Shown: positions 26,201 to 41,100 of the stretch, in pieces
Position numbering within the stretch: position 1 is the first letter of the stretch
Layout: the number at the start of each line of letters is the position of its first letter
Source of the DNA: Macrostomum hystrix
Taxonomy: Eukaryota > Animalia > Platyhelminthes
NCBI GenBank assembly: GCA_950097015.1
Contig: CATNEN010000038.1
Location: forward strand, 3,224,001-3,288,000
Direction: 5' to 3'
DNA length: 64,000 bases
Notes under the pieces: model-generated
Seen by the model: the letters and a program-made list of their open reading frames with translations, nothing else
The model's database searches: none
Told to the model about the DNA's origin: nothing
Made by a program: the position numbers and the translations under genes

Positions 26201-29200
26201 CCATTAAAAAACGCACGTTGAATGCGCCGTCTGCCCGCCTGGCAGCAGGGTGGCTGCGATTCCCGACGACGCAACAGCCAGGGCGACTTCCCCTCGACTC
26301 CGCACAAACGCCAGCAAAACCTCCAGCAGGAAGGTCTTGCCAGTGCCTGCCGGAGCGTCAATGAAATGCAGGCCGCCCGAGCCAGCGACAAGATCCACAG
26401 TCACAGCCTCGTAGATGGCCATCTGCTCGGCCGTGAGCATTGGCAGCCGCATCTCGGTGATCTCCGCCTGTTCGACCGTGTCAAACTGCAGCGGCCCGAC
26501 TTGCGGCATTGCAGAGGCAGCAGGCAGTCCGTACTCTTGCAGACTGCGGCCGCCCATTGACGTCAGCATGCTCTGCAGCTCCCGCAGAGCCAGGTCGCTG
26601 ACTTCCTCGGCGCTTAAGTCCGGTTGGTGGAAGCGCAGGTCTTCGCAGAGATCCTCTGCAAACCTGCTCCACAGATCAGCGCCGTCGTCTGGCTCGCCCC
26701 AGATGAGAACGACAGCCAGCAGGTGCCTCAGAGCTCGCGGCATTCGGCTCTGGACAGCCTCAGTCATGCAGCGATGCCAGTGATCATCACGCTGCAGCAG
26801 GCCGAGAGCCATGCAGGCGGCCTTGGCGCTGGCACAATGCACGCCGGCCACGGTCTGCAGCGACTCGAAGCTGGTCGGTCCTCGCACGTGCAGCAGCAAC
26901 AGCCGCAGGTAGAACAGGTCACCAGCTCTAGGACTGACCGTGTACATCCGCGCAATGTTGGTGTTGCGCTTCACGCCGGGATGTCCTTCGACATCGACGC
27001 CCTGCTTGGCTCGACGCCACTCTCTCGCACTCGGGTGCCACACGAAGAAGGTGGGCACCTCTGTGTAGAGTAGCAGGCGGGCGAACTCGTCAGTGCGGCA
27101 CAGCTTGAAGAAGGCCGTCAGTGTCGAGTCTCGTGGCGCCTTTGCTCTGGCGCCCGCGGTCTGCTCGTTGAAGTACACGAGCTGCTCTTCCGACTTGTGC
27201 ACACAGAGTCGGATGACCGCTGGGAACCTGTTGTGCACCTGGGCAAAGGTGAGGATATTTTTTGAGCATCAGAGCTGCTGAAAAAAACGTAATGCAGTAC
27301 TAAAAGCACAGGCAATGAAAGCAGAGCAGAGCAATTACCTCAAAGGCCAAGATGGTGTTAACAGCTTCCATCGGACCAATGTAGCGTGCAGACAGGTACT
27401 CGGAGATTTCATCACGGGGCTTCTCCGGCTGCTCAGATTGAGCACTCGGCTGAGCTTCAGCAGCTCCTGCGGCGGCGGCGACTTTGAAAACCGCCATGTC
27501 GCCATTCTTCATCAAGTACTTGATCACGTACTTGACAGACTTGACAGTGGCACAAACCTCTACGTTCAAATGGCACGCGAACTGTAGCAGCAGGTCAGGG
27601 TTGTATGGCACCACCCACCTGGTGATTGGAGGGAAGCAGCGGCTTGCAGAGCACAGAAATGCTATGGCCACGCAGCTACTGACTCACCTGTTGTCCATTT
27701 GGATGCTGCGACCCTTGAACAGTTTGTCCACCGTGAAGCCTCCCATCTCAGGGGAGCGCCTCCTGTAGAACGGATAGCCGCTGTCGCTCGTCAGCGTCAC
27801 CGGCTGGAAGTCCTTCGGGAAGCTCTTGCTGCACTTGCCGTTCTCCATGCAAGGGCAGGCCGGGTTCAGCTCGCCACACGGCCCGTGGATCATGTGGGTC
27901 TTGACCAGCTCGTGCAGCACTGGCTGCCGCTGTGGGTCTGGGATCTCCGCAGACACGATGGCATCGTAGCGATCCGGGGTGACTCGACTCCCGTTCGCCA
28001 GCCAGAGCAGGAAGTGCACATGGGGAAGGCCTGAGGCGAGTTGATAAAAGCATGCGGACTCGTTATTCCAGGCTGTTAATATTGCCAATGTCTGCATGAA
28101 AATCTGATTTTACTCACCGCGCTTCTGGTACTCCAAGGAGCACACATGCGCAGCCTCCTTGCCAAAACGCTTCCTGAGCACTTCAAGCAGAGCCTTTTTC
28201 TTCAGTTCAAAGACTCGAGTCACAATGTCCGGGCGGTCCTCTGCCCGCTGACCGGGCAGCAGCTGCACGCTGATTTCCGGCCACTTCGGGTTGCATGTGG
28301 CTGTGACAAACAGGTCCGGCTTGCCGAACTTGTGCACGTAGGCCATTGCATCTTGCAGCCGCTCCATCAGGTACCTGGGTCCACCTACAAAGCTGGAAGA
28401 CAGGTACACATGGGCAGGCTTACCAATCTCATTGGGGTCTCTCTCGGTGCTCCTGCCATCAGCAGCGAACAGAGCGTCTCGCAGGCCGCTGTAGGTCTCG
28501 CTGCGCAGGTCGTTCTGATGAGTGCGCAGGTACAGCAGCCTCTCGGACTCGATCTTGGCAGCCATGTCAACCAGGTACTGCTGGAAGAGGCGCCTGCCGT
28601 GGTGCAGCACGTTGAACTGGCCAGCTCGCACCATGATTTCGCTGGCGTAGTACTTCATGGGCGTCAGCTTCCGCCCATTCGCCATCTGCAGCTCTGGGTG
28701 CCAGCCGTCCTCGCCATTCGGGAACAGCAGCACGTACTCCAGAGGGTCGTAGGACCGGTGGGTCTCGGATATGCGCTGGACTTCGCCTCCGCGCAGTCGA
28801 ATCACAACGTCACGGCTTGTCGGTGCGTCCTCGGAACCACCGACAACCAGGATGCCAACCTCATTGGCAGTAGGGAGATTGTAACGCCTGGGAATGAACA
28901 GGAATGGAATTGGTACAGCAGGTACTTCACAGAATCAACTGCACAGACTGAACAGTATAAGTGCAGGCGAAATAGGATCCCAACCAGCAGCTCCATAACA
29001 CAGCTCACTCACCGAATGTGCTCCCCAGCTGGTCGTCGGTCCGGGTGAATCACAATTCGCGCATCTCCCAGCTCAGGGTCGCCACTGATCCGCTGAGCAG
29101 CAGCTCGCAGGCTCTGCACATAGCCGTTGCACTCGTGCAGCACAGTTTGCAGCAGCTCCAGCAGCTCCGGCTTCACCTTCTGGCTGAGGCTCAGGCGGCT

Positions 29201-32200
29201 CTCCAGCTCGCGGTCCGTGAAGTACACCTGCCAGCCATGCGGCACGGCTGAGGTGTCGGCAAGCAGCGGCCCCATGTTGTGATGCAGCTGGCCGCTGATG
29301 ATGAAGCTGGGACTCCAGCCAGGCACCAGTCTGAGCCTCGCACCCAGAGATGTCAGGTGCAGCACAGAGTTGTAGCTCCTGATGTTAGCCAGGAACTCTG
29401 CACTGAGGCGGTGCTGCCCCGTGTACAGATCTGCCAGGACCTGCGGCATGGAACGGGTGGGCAGCTTCACCTTGCCCTTGGCGCAGCAGAAATTGCTCGT
29501 CTCCTTGGCCCACAGCAGGGCGCCGCAGTCATTGCAGGCGCGGTTCATTGGGCCGCATTGGTGAGCCGGGGCTTCTGGCATCACCGGCTCGGCATGCCTG
29601 TGAGCAGGGTTTGAGTAGGGGTTGAGCAGAGTTTATTAAGAGGGTACATTGATTTGATTGACATTGCTTTCCATGCTAGTGATTTATTTGTGTCAGCAGA
29701 TTAAACTGATTTAAACGAATAAATGCAAAATAACAAAAGCAAGTTACTCACATCTGCTCAGCCTGTGCTCCAGTGTCAGCACATGAGCTGGGGCTGTCAG
29801 CTGGCATCGCTCTCGGGCCCTTGGCTTTCTTGGCCCTCTTGGCAGGAGTTTTGCTTGCTGCCAAGCTTGGAAACTCTGCATCTGAAAGGGCTTGCAAAGG
29901 CTCTCGAAGTCTCAGTGACTCGTAATGCTCATGGCGCAAGAGCACGCGCACAATCGCATTAGGAGGATAGAGATTAGCCCTGAAATACTGCATCACATTA
30001 CCATTGGCCTGGTAAATGACCAGGTCCACATTAAAGCAGCGGCTCAACAAAGAGGCAACTTCGTCTGAAACATAAGTGCCTGTTTGAAAAGAGGAACTCA
30101 CAATGTCATCAGCACTCTCAGGTGCGATGAGGCCATCTGCAACCAACTGTGGCATGAGTTCTGCAACACGGCAAGACAAATCCTGCCGCAAGGAGGCTGC
30201 GTCAGTTTCTAGCGGGGTTCCACGCAGCTGATCACACACAGCATAAAAGAAGCAATTGCCATCACCAATAATAGGGATTACCTGCAACTGCTCAAATGGT
30301 ACAATAGCTTCCATACATTGCTGCTGGGTGTCCGACCTAAGTTGGCAATGCAGTGAAAATAAAGCACAGCTGCATTTACAGAATTTTTAAACCAATTGTT
30401 GGACTGCAGGTTAAGTTACTCAAATCTACAGCAAAAAAATCAACACTTATGAGGCGATTTAGAAAAAAACTAAATAAAACCATAATTATGTTATGTAACG
30501 TTATTTTATAGAGCCTCATAAAACTCACTTGGAAACCAAAGCTCCACGGCGACGAATCTGCTCGGCTTCCAGTCGGGCAGCCCGCTCTGCCTCAGTCTCA
30601 GCATCTCTGCGCTGAGCATCCCGCTGCTGCTGTTCCTCCAGTCGGGCAGCTCGCTCTGCCTCAGTCTCAGCATCTCTGCGCTGAGCATCCCGCTGCTGCT
30701 GTTCCTCCAGTCGGGCAGCTCGCTCTGCCTCAGTCTCAGCATCTCTGCGCTGAGCATCCCGCTGCCGCTGTTCCTCCAGTCGGGCAGCTCGCTCTGCCTC
30801 AGTCTCAGCATCTCTGCGCTGAGCATCCCGCTGCCGCTGTTCCTCCAGTCGGGCAGCTCGCTCTGCCTCAGTCTCAGCATCTCTGCGCTGAGCATCCCGC
30901 TGCCGCTGTTCCTCCAGTCGGGCAGCTCGCTCTGCCTCAGTCTCAGCATCTCTGCGCTGAGCATCCCGCTGCCGCTGTTCCTCCAGTCGGGCAGCTCGCT
31001 CTGCCTCAGTCTCGACATCTCTGCGCTCAGCGATCCGCTGCCGCTGTTCCTCCAGTCGGGCAGCTCGCTCTGCCTCAGTTTGAGAGGCTCGCTTCTCAGC
31101 CATTCGCTGACGTCGTTCTTCCAAACGGACCTCGCGATCGGCCTCGGATTCAGCTTGTCGCCGTCGCTTGGCATCGCGACTTTTCTTCAAACTGCTTGCG
31201 CCGCGTCGAACCATGATTGAGAACTGAAAAGTAAAATGAAATGATAAGTTGAGAGATAATGAAAGGCTTGAAAGAGAGATAGGTTGTGAAATTTGGATTT
31301 GAATTTCGATGTCTGAAGAATCAGATAAGGAGCCTTTATAAACCACACTAATTTGCAAGCTATATATCATCACAGTGGGCTGAATCGGATATTATCTTAA
31401 GACCTAGGGTAAAAATCGATAAAACGGACCTCTGACCGCTTGAAATCTTAAAAACCGATGGAATGGGGTGAGGGCTCTCCAGCCCGTGCGTGCACATTTG
31501 GGGGCAAGAGGGGGAATAATGTACATTGCCTGCGCCAGCCTAGAATAGCCGGTAAGGACTTGGATTGGGTAGGCCAGTGCGCCCAAATTTCAATATGATA
31601 GCGTCTAAGTTATCTCAAAGGCCTTTCACGTCTCTAAACTCTCAACTCTAAATTGATGTGAAAAAATGCGTCCACTGACCGATTACCACACGATGATAGT
31701 CTTGAGTCTTGATGAAACTTGTATGTCACTGTTGTGCCTTGAAATCTGACAGTGCTGTGCTTTCGAATCAGTCATTATTGTCTTAAATAAATATCATTGT
31801 ATATTTACAAATTCGGAGCCTATGTATCTATCAATTCTAATTTCTGAGCCTAGATTTCAATCGATTCTGTGCCTAGATACCCATCGATTCTCAGCCTAGA
31901 TTTCAATCGCTTCTGGGCTTAGATATCTTTCAATTCTGAGCCTAGACATCTATACGTGTATTCTGAGCCTTGATTTCAATTGATTCTGAGCTTAGATATG
32001 TATCGATTCTGAGCCTAGATTTCTATCGATTCTGAGCCTCGATAACTATCAATGCTAAGCCTAGATTTCTATCGATTCTGAGCCTCGATAACTATCAATG
32101 CTGAGCCTAGATATCTATAAAAATGTTGAGCCTAGATATCTATAAAAAATGTTGAGCCTAGATATCTTTCAATACTGAGCCTAGATAACTATCAATGCTG

Positions 32201-33311
32201 AGCCTAGATATCTATAAAATGTTGAGCCTAGATATCTATAAAAATGTTGAGCCTAGATATCTATAAAAATGTTGAGCCTAGATAACTATCAATGCTGAGG
32301 CTAGATAACTATCAATGCTGAGCCTAGAAATCTATCAATGCTGAGCCTAGATAATCATAAAAAATGTTGAGCCTAGATAACTATCAATGCTGAGCCTAGA
32401 TATCTATCAATGATGAGCCTAGATATCTATCAATGCTGAGCCTAGATATCTATCAATGCTGAGCCTAGATATCTATCAATGCTGAGCCTTTAGATATCTA
32501 TCAATGCTGAGCCTAGATATCTTTCAATGCTGAGCCTAGATATCCATAAAAATGTTGAGCCTAGATATCTATCTTCTATCTATGCTGAGCCTAGATAACT
32601 ATCAATGCTGAGCCTAGATATCTATCAATGCTGAGCCTAGATATCTATCAATGCTCAGCCTAGATATCTATCAATGCTCAGCCTAGATATCTATCGATTC
32701 TGAGCCTGGATTTGTATTTATGCTATTTGGCTGTGTCATTGTTGTGCCTGGGATTCGGTTCGGTTCGCTTCGCTCTGCTAGAAAAAGGCCGATCACTTGG
32801 ATCAATTCAGTTCTCAGCTGTAGCCTTTTGGTGTATGATGTGAATATGCTATTTGATTGAAAAAAACTCAATAAATAAATAAATAAAATAATAAAATATC
32901 ACACTGCCAGCAGTTAACAGAAGCCAGCTCAGCCTGTGCACATTGGGCAGTAATTATCTCGCCAGTGGGGTTGACACAGCTATGCACATTTGGGTGAGAA
33001 ATTTCTTATCAGTACGCTCGCCTAACAAAACTGGCCCTGATGCAATCATTAAAAATTGGCACTGGAGCCTCACTGTGCACAAGCTGAAAACAAGAATGCA
33101 TTAGAAAAGCCTATTTAAAACAGTTTTTCGAATATTTAATCCCCTTGGCAATGGAATTAAGCTTAATAAAATTACGTGTACCGATTCCGGCCCATTTGTG
33201 ATCTTTTGGCGAAGGAATTTTGAAAATCGGTTGAGCCGTTCGGGAGCTAGTCGATTGCAAACATACAAGCAAGCAAGCAAGCAAGATTTTCATTTTTAGT
33301 ATATAAGAAGA
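23222..33311 (-). mobile_element. Autonomous Helitron type D, copy 2
   Basis: The ORF track is identical to copy 1 at offset 12127; by eye it differs only in the head tip. Confidence 0.95.
24907..31214 (-). CDS. Helitron RepHel transposase, copy 2 (same 9-exon structure, +12127)
   Basis: All translated segments are identical to copy 1. Confidence 0.95.
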
Positions 33312-34307
33312 CTAGCTGCCTTCGCTACCCTCTGGGTAGCCTCACTGGAGTTCTTATCAGTTCGTTATCAAAACTGGCTCTGATGCAATCATTAAAATTG
33401 GCACTGGAGGCCTCACTGTGCACAAGCTGAAAACAAGAATGCATTAGAAAAGCCTATTTAAAACTGTTTTTCGAATATTTAATCCCCTTGCCAATGGAAT
33501 TAAGCTTAATAAAATTACGTGTACCGATTCCGGCCCATTTGTGATCTTTTGGCGAAGGAATTTTGAAAATCGGTTGAGCCGTTCGGGAGCTAGTCGATTG
33601 CAAACATACAAGCAAGCAAGCAAGCAAGATTTTCATTTTTAGTATATACTAGCTGCCCTTCGCTACCCTCTGGGTAGCCTACCTTGAGTTCTTATCAGTG
33701 CGTTATCAAAATTGGCTCTGATGCAATCATTAAAATTGGCACTGGAGGCCTCACTGTGCACAAGCTGAAAACAAGAATGCATTAGAAAAGCCTATTTAAA
33801 ACGGTTTTTCGAATATTTAATCCCCTTGGCAATGGAATTAAGCTTAATAAAAATACGTGTACCGATTCCGGCCCATTTGTGATCTTTTGGCGAAGGAATT
33901 GTGAAAATCGGTTGAGCCGTTCGGGAGCTAGTCGATTGCAAGCAAGCAAGATTTTCATTTTTAGTATATTAGACTAGCTGCCTTCGCTACCCTCTGGGTA
34001 GCCTCCCTTGAGTTCTTATCAGTGCCTTATCAAAATTGGCTCTGATGCAATCATTAAAATTGGCACTGGAGCCTCACTGTGCACAAGCTGAAAACAAGAA
34101 TGCATTAGAAAAGCCTATTTAAAACAGTTTTTCGAATATTTAATCCCCTTGGCAATGAAATTAAGCTTAATAAAAATACGTGTACCGATTCCGGCCCATT
34201 TGTGATCTTTTGGCGAAGGAATTTTGAAAATCGGTTGAGCCGTTCGGGAGCTAGTCGATTGCAAACATACAAACATACAAGATTTTCATTTTTAGTATAT
34301 TAGAAGA
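33312..34307 (-). mobile_element. Three type B mini-Helitrons
   Basis: Starts at 33312, 33649 and 33974. Confidence 0.92.
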
Positions 34308-37300
34308 CTAGCAATGCTGAGCCTAGTTATCTATAAAAGTGTTGAGCCTAGATAACTATCAATGCTGAGCCTAGTTTTCTATCGATTCTGACCCTTGGAA
34401 CCTATCAATTCTGAGCTTGGATATCTATCAATGCTGAGCCTAGATATCTATCAATGTTGAGCCTAGATAACTATCAATGCTGAGCCTAGTTATCTATAAA
34501 AATGTTGAGCCTAGATAACTATCAATGCTGAGCCTAGATAACTATCAATGCTGAGCCTAGATAACTATCAATGCTGTGCCTAGATAGCTATCAATGCTGA
34601 GCCTAGATAACTATCAATGCTGTGCCTAGAGAACTATCAATCCTAAGCCTAGATAACTATCAATGCTGAGCCTAGATAGCAATCAATGCTGAGCCTAGGT
34701 AACTATCAATGCTGAGCCTAGGTAACTATCAATGCTAAGCCTAGGTAACTATCAATGCTGAGCCTAGGTAACTATCAATGCTGAGCCTAGGTAACTATCA
34801 ATGCTAAGCCTAGATAACTATCAATGCTCAGCCTAGGTAACTATCAATGCTGAGCCTAGGTAACTATCAATGCTGAGCCTAGGTAACTATCAATGCTGAG
34901 CCTAGGTAACTATCAATGCTGAGCCTAGTTATCTATAAAAATGTTGAGCCTAGATAACTATCAATCCTAAGCCTAGATAACTATCAATCCTAAGCCTAGA
35001 TAACTATCAATGTTGAGCCTAGGTAACTATCAATGCTGAGCCTAGGTAACTATCAATGCTGAGCCTAGTTATCTATAAAAATGTTGAGCCTAGATAACTA
35101 TCAATCCTAAGCCTAGATAACTATCAATCCTAAGCCTAGATAACTATCAATGTTGAGCCTAGATAACTATCAATGCTGAGCCTAGGTAACTATCAATGCT
35201 GAGCCTAGTTATCTATAAAAATGTTGAGCCTAGATAACTATCAATGCTGAGCCAAGATAACTATCAATGCTGAGCCTAGATAACTATCAATGCTGTGCCT
35301 AGATATCTATCAATGCTGAGCCTAGATATCTATCAATGTTGAGCCTAGTTAACTATCAATGCTGAGCCTGGATAACTATCAATGTTGAGCCTAGATAACT
35401 ATCAATGCTGAGCCTAGATATTTATCAATGTTGAGCCTAGATAACTATCAATGCTGAGCCTAGATAACTATCAATGCTGAGCCTAGAAAACTATCAATGC
35501 TGAGCCTAGATAACTATCAATGCTGTGCCTAGATGACTATCAATGCTGTGCCTAGTTATCTATAAAAATGTTGAGCCTAGATAACTATCAATGCTGAGCC
35601 TAGTTTTCTATCAATTCTGAGCTTGGATATCTATCAATGCTGAGCCTAGATAACTATAAAAATGTTGAGCCTAGATACTATCAATGCTGAGCCTAGTTAT
35701 CTATAAAAATGTTGAGCCTAGATAACTATCAATGCTGAGCCTAGGTAACTATCAATGCTAAGCCTAGGTAACTATCAATGCTGAGCCTAGGTAACTATCA
35801 ATGCTGAGCCTAGGTAACTATCAATGCTAAGCCTAGATACTATCAATGCTGAGCCTAGTTATCTATAAAAGTGTTGAGCCTAGATAACTATCAATGCTGA
35901 GCCTAGTTTTCTATCGATTCTGACCCTTGGAACCTATCAATTCTGAGCTTGGATATCTATCAATGCTGAGCCTAGATATCTATCAATGTTGAGCCTAGAT
36001 AACTATCAATGCTGAGCCTAGTTATCTATAAAAATGTTGAGCCTAGATAACTATCAATGCTGAGCCTAGATAACTATCAATGCTGAGCCTAGATAACTAT
36101 CAATGCTGTGCCTAGATAGCTATCAATGCTGAGCCTAGATAACTATCAATGCTGTGCCTAGAGAACTATCAATCCTAAGCCTAGATAACTATCAATGCTG
36201 AGCCTAGATAGCAATCAATGCTGAGCCTAGGTAACTATCAATGCTGAGCCTAGGTAACTATCAATGCTAAGCCTAGGTAACTATCAATGCTAAGCCTAGG
36301 TAACTATCAATGCTGAGCCTAGGTAACTATCAATGCTGAGCCTAGGTAACTATCAATGCTAAGCCTAGATAACTATCAATGCTCAGCCTAGGTAACTATC
36401 AATGCTGAGCCTAGGTAACTATCAATGCTGAGCCTAGGTAACTATCAATGCTGAGCCTAGGTAACTATCAATGCTAAGCCTAGGTAACTATCAATGCTGA
36501 GCCTAGGTAACTATCAATGCTGAGCCTAGGTAACTATCAATGCTAAGCCTAGGTAACTATCAATGCTGAGCCTAGGTAACTATCAATGCTGAGCCTAGTT
36601 ATCTATAAAAATGTTGAGCCTAGATAACTATCAATCCTAAGCCTAGATAACTATCAATCCTAAGCCTAGATAACTATCAATGTTGAGCCTAGATAACTAT
36701 CAATGCTGAGCCTAGGTAACTATCAATGCTGAGCCTAGTTATCTATAAAAATGTTGAGCCTAGATAACTATCAATGCTGAGCCTAGTTTTCTATCGATTC
36801 TGACCCTTGGAACCTATCAATTCTGAGCTTGGATATCTATCAATGCTGAGCCTAGATATCTATCAATGTTGAGCCTAGATAACTATCAATGCTGAGCCTA
36901 GATAACTATCAATGCTGTGCCTAGATAACTATCAATGCTGAGCCTAGATAACTATCAATGCTGAGCCTAGATAACTATTAATGCTGAGCCTAGATAACTA
37001 TCAATGCTGAGCCTAGTTATCTACAAAAATGTTGTGCCTAGATAACTATCAATGCTGTGCCTAGTTTTCTATCGATTCTGACCCTTGGAACCTATCAATT
37101 CTGAGCTTGGATATCTATCAATGCTGAGCCTAGATGTCTATAAAAATGTTGATCCTAGATATTTATCGATTCTGAGCCTAGTAATCTATCAATTCTGGGC
37201 CTAGATTTATATCAATGCTGAGCCTAGTTAACTATCAATGCTGAGCCTAGATAACAATTGATGCTGTGCCTAGATATCTATAAAAATGTTGAGCATAGAT

Positions 37301-38127
37301 AACTATCAATGCTGTGCCTAGATAACTATCAATGCTGAGCCTAGTTAACTATCAATGCTGAGCCTAGTTAACTATCAATGCTGAGCCTAGATAACAATTG
37401 ATGCTGTGCCTAGATATCTATAAAAATGTTGAGCATAGATAACTATCAATGCTGTGCCTAGATAACTATCAATGCTGAGCCTAGATATCTATCAATGCTT
37501 TTGCAAGTAAGTAAGCAAGTAAGCAAGTAGGTAAGCAAGTATAATCAAGAAATGTTACTTGCTGCCAAGAAAGGCCGATCACTTGAATCAATGCAGTTCT
37601 CAGCTGTTGCCTTTGGAGTATGCTGTGATGTGAATGAATCTGCTATAATTGAAATCTGCTATATCTGCTAAATGAGTTTGAATAAAACTCAATAAATAAA
37701 AATAAAAAAATATCTCAGTGCCGAACAGATAACAGAAGCCAGCTCAGCCTGTGCACATTGGACAGTAATTATCTCGCCAGTGGGGTTGACACAGCTATGC
37801 ACATTTGGGTGAGAAATTCCTTATCAGTACGCTCGCCTAACAAAACTGGCTCTGATGCAATCATTAAATTTGGCACTGGAGGCCTCACTGTGCACAAGCT
37901 GAAAACAAGAATGCATTAGAAAAGCCTATTTAAAACAGTTTTTCGAATATTTAATCCCCTTGGCAATGGAATTAAGCTTAATAAAAATACGTGTACCGAT
38001 TCCGGCCCATTTGTGATCTTTTGGCGAAGGAATTGTGAAAATCGGTTGAGCCGTTCGGGAGCTAGTCGATTGCAAACATACAAGCAAGCAAGCAAGCAAG
38101 CAAGATTTTCATTTTTAGTATATTAGA
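34308..38127 (-). mobile_element. Non-autonomous Helitron type C, copy 2
   Basis: Same satellite variant order and 5' region as 7274-11094. Confidence 0.9.
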
Positions 38128-41100
38128 CTAGCTGCCTTCGCTACCCTCTGGGTAGCCTCCCTGTGAGTTCTTATCAGTACGCGCGTGCGTTATCAAAACT
38201 GGCTCTGATGCAATCATTAAATTTGGCACTGGAGGCCTAACTGTGCACAAGCTGAAAACAATAATGCATTAGAAAAGCCTATTTAAAACAGTTTTTCGAA
38301 TATTTAATCCCCTTGGCAATGGAATTAAGCTTAATAAAATTACGTGTACCGATTCCGGCCCATTTGTGATCTTTTGGCGAAGGAATTTTGAAAATCGGTT
38401 GAGCCGTTCGGGAGCTAGTCGATTGCAAACATACAAGCAAGATTTTCATTTTTAGTATAATAGAAGAAGACTAGCTGCCTTCGCTACCCTCTGGGTAGCC
38501 TCACTGGAGTTCTTATCAGTTCGTTATCAAAACTGGCTCTGATGCAATCATAAAAATTGGCACTGGAGCCTCACTGTGCACAAGCTGAAAACAAGAATGC
38601 ATTAGAAAAGCCTATTTAAAACAGTTTTTCGAATATTTAATCCCCTTAGCAATGAAATTAAGCTTAATAAAAATACGTGTACCGATTCGGGACCAATTGT
38701 GATCTTTTGGCGAAGGAATTGCGAAAATCGGTTGAGCCGTTCGGGAGCTAGTCGATTGCAAACAAGCAAGCAAGATTTTCATTTTTAGTATATTAGAAGA
38801 CTAGCTGCCTTCGCTACCCTCTGGGTAGCCTCCCTGTGAGTTCTTATCAGTACGCGCGTGCGTTATCAAAACTGGCTCTGATGCAATCATTAAATTTGGC
38901 ACTGGAGGCCTCACAGTGCACAAGCTGAAAACAAGAATGCATTAGAAAAGCCTATTTAAAACAGTTTTTCGAATATTTAATCCCCTTAGCAATGAAATTA
39001 AGCTTAATAAAAATACGTGTACCGATTCGGGACCAATTGTGATCTTTTGGCGAAGGAATTGCGAAAATCGGTTGAGCCGTTCGGGAGCTAGTCGATTGCA
39101 AACAAGCAAGCAAGATTTTCATTTTTAGTATATTAGACTAGCTGCCCTTCGCTACCCTCTGGGTAGCCTACCTTGAGTTCTTATCAGTGCGTTATCAAAA
39201 TTGGCTCTGATGCAATCATTAAAATTGGCACTGGAGGCCTCACTGTGCACAAGCTGAAAACAAGAATGCATTAGAAAGCCTATTTAAAACTGTTTTTCGA
39301 ATATTTAATCCCCTTGGCAATGGAATTAAGCTTAATAAAAATACGTGTACCGATTCGGGCCCATTTGTGATCTTTTGGCGAAGGAATTGTGAAAATCGGT
39401 TGAGCCGTTCGGGAGCTAGTCGATTGCAAACAAGCAAGCAAGCAAGCAAGCAAGCAAGATTTTCATTTTTAGTATATTAGAAGACTAGCTGCCTTCGCTA
39501 CCCTCTGGGTAGCCTCCCTTGAGTTCTTATCAGTGCCTTATCAAAATTGGCTCTGATGCAATCATTAAAATTGGCACTGGAGCCTCACTGTGCACAAGCT
39601 GAAAACAAGAATGCATTAGAAAAGCCTATTTAAAACAGTTTTTCGAATATTTAATCCCCTTGGCAATGAAATTAAGCTTAATAAAAATACGTGTACCGAT
39701 TCCGGCCCATTTGTGATCTTTTGGCGAAGGAATTTTGAAAATCGGTTGAGCCGTTCGGGAGCTAGTCGATTGCAAACAAGCAAGCAAGCAAGCAAGCAAG
39801 CAAGATTTTCATTTTTAGTATATTAGAAATTACAAGCAACCAAGCAAGCAAGCATTTCATTTTTAGTATAGTGGACTAGCTGCCTTCGCTACCCTCTGGG
39901 TAGCCTCCCTGTGAGTTCTTATCAGTACGCGTGCGTTATCAAAACTGCAGGCTCTGATGCAATCATAAAATTTGGCACTGGAGGCCTCACTGTGCACAAG
40001 CTGAAAACAAGAATGCATTAGAAAAGCCTATTTAAAACTGTTTTTCGAATATTTAATCCCCTTGGCAATGGAATTAAGCTTAATAAAAATACGTGTACTG
40101 ATTCGGGCCCATTTGTGATCTTTTGGCGAAGGAATTGTGAAAATCGGTTGAGCCGTTCGGGAGCTAGTCGATTGCAAACAAACATACAAGATTTTCATTT
40201 TTAGTATATTAGACTAGCTGCCTTCGCTACCCTCTGGGTAGCCTCCCTTGAGTTCTTATCAGTGCCTTATCAAAATTGGCTCTGATGCAATCATTAAAAT
40301 TGGCACTGGAGCCTCACTGTGCACAAGCTGAAAACAAGAATGCATTAGAAAAGCCTATTTAAAACAGTTTTTCGAATATTTAATCCCCTTGGCAATGAAA
40401 TTAAGCTTAATAAAAATACGTGTACCGATTCCGGCCCATTTGTGATCTTTTGGCGAAGGAATTTTGAAAATCGGTTGAGCCGTTCGGGAGCTAGTCGATT
40501 GCAAACATACAAACATACAAGATTTTCATTTTTAGTATATTAGACTAGCTGCCTTCGCTACCCTCTGGGTAGCCTCACTGGAGTTCTTATCAGTTCGTTA
40601 TCAAAACTGGCTCTGATGCAATCATTAAAATTGGCACTGGAGCCTCACTGCGCACAAGCTGAAAACAAGAATGCATTAGAAAAGCCTATTTAAAACTGTT
40701 TTTCGAATATTTAATCCCCTTGGCAATGGAATTAAGCTTAATAAAAATACGTGTACCGATTCCGGCCCAATTGTGATCTTTTGGCGAAGGAATTGTGAAA
40801 ATCGGTTGAGCCGTTCGGGAGCTAGTCGATTGCAAACAAGCAAGCAAGATTTTCATTTTTAGTATATTAGAAGACTAGCTGCCCTTCGCTACCCTCTGGG
40901 TAGCCTCACTGGAGTTCTTATCAGTGCGTTATCAAAACTGGCTCTGATGCAATCATTAAAATTGGCACTGGAGCCTCACTGTGCACAAGCTGAAAACAAG
41001 AATGCATTAGAAAAGCCTATTTAAAACAGTTTTTCGAATATTTAATCCCCTTGGCAATGGAATTAAGCTTAATAAAAATACGTGTATATGTGTCCCCATA

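Noticed and set aside
11095-33311. Simple 12,127-bp tandem segmental duplication
   Set aside because: Identity stops at the D element termini; the flanking units differ between the two copies.
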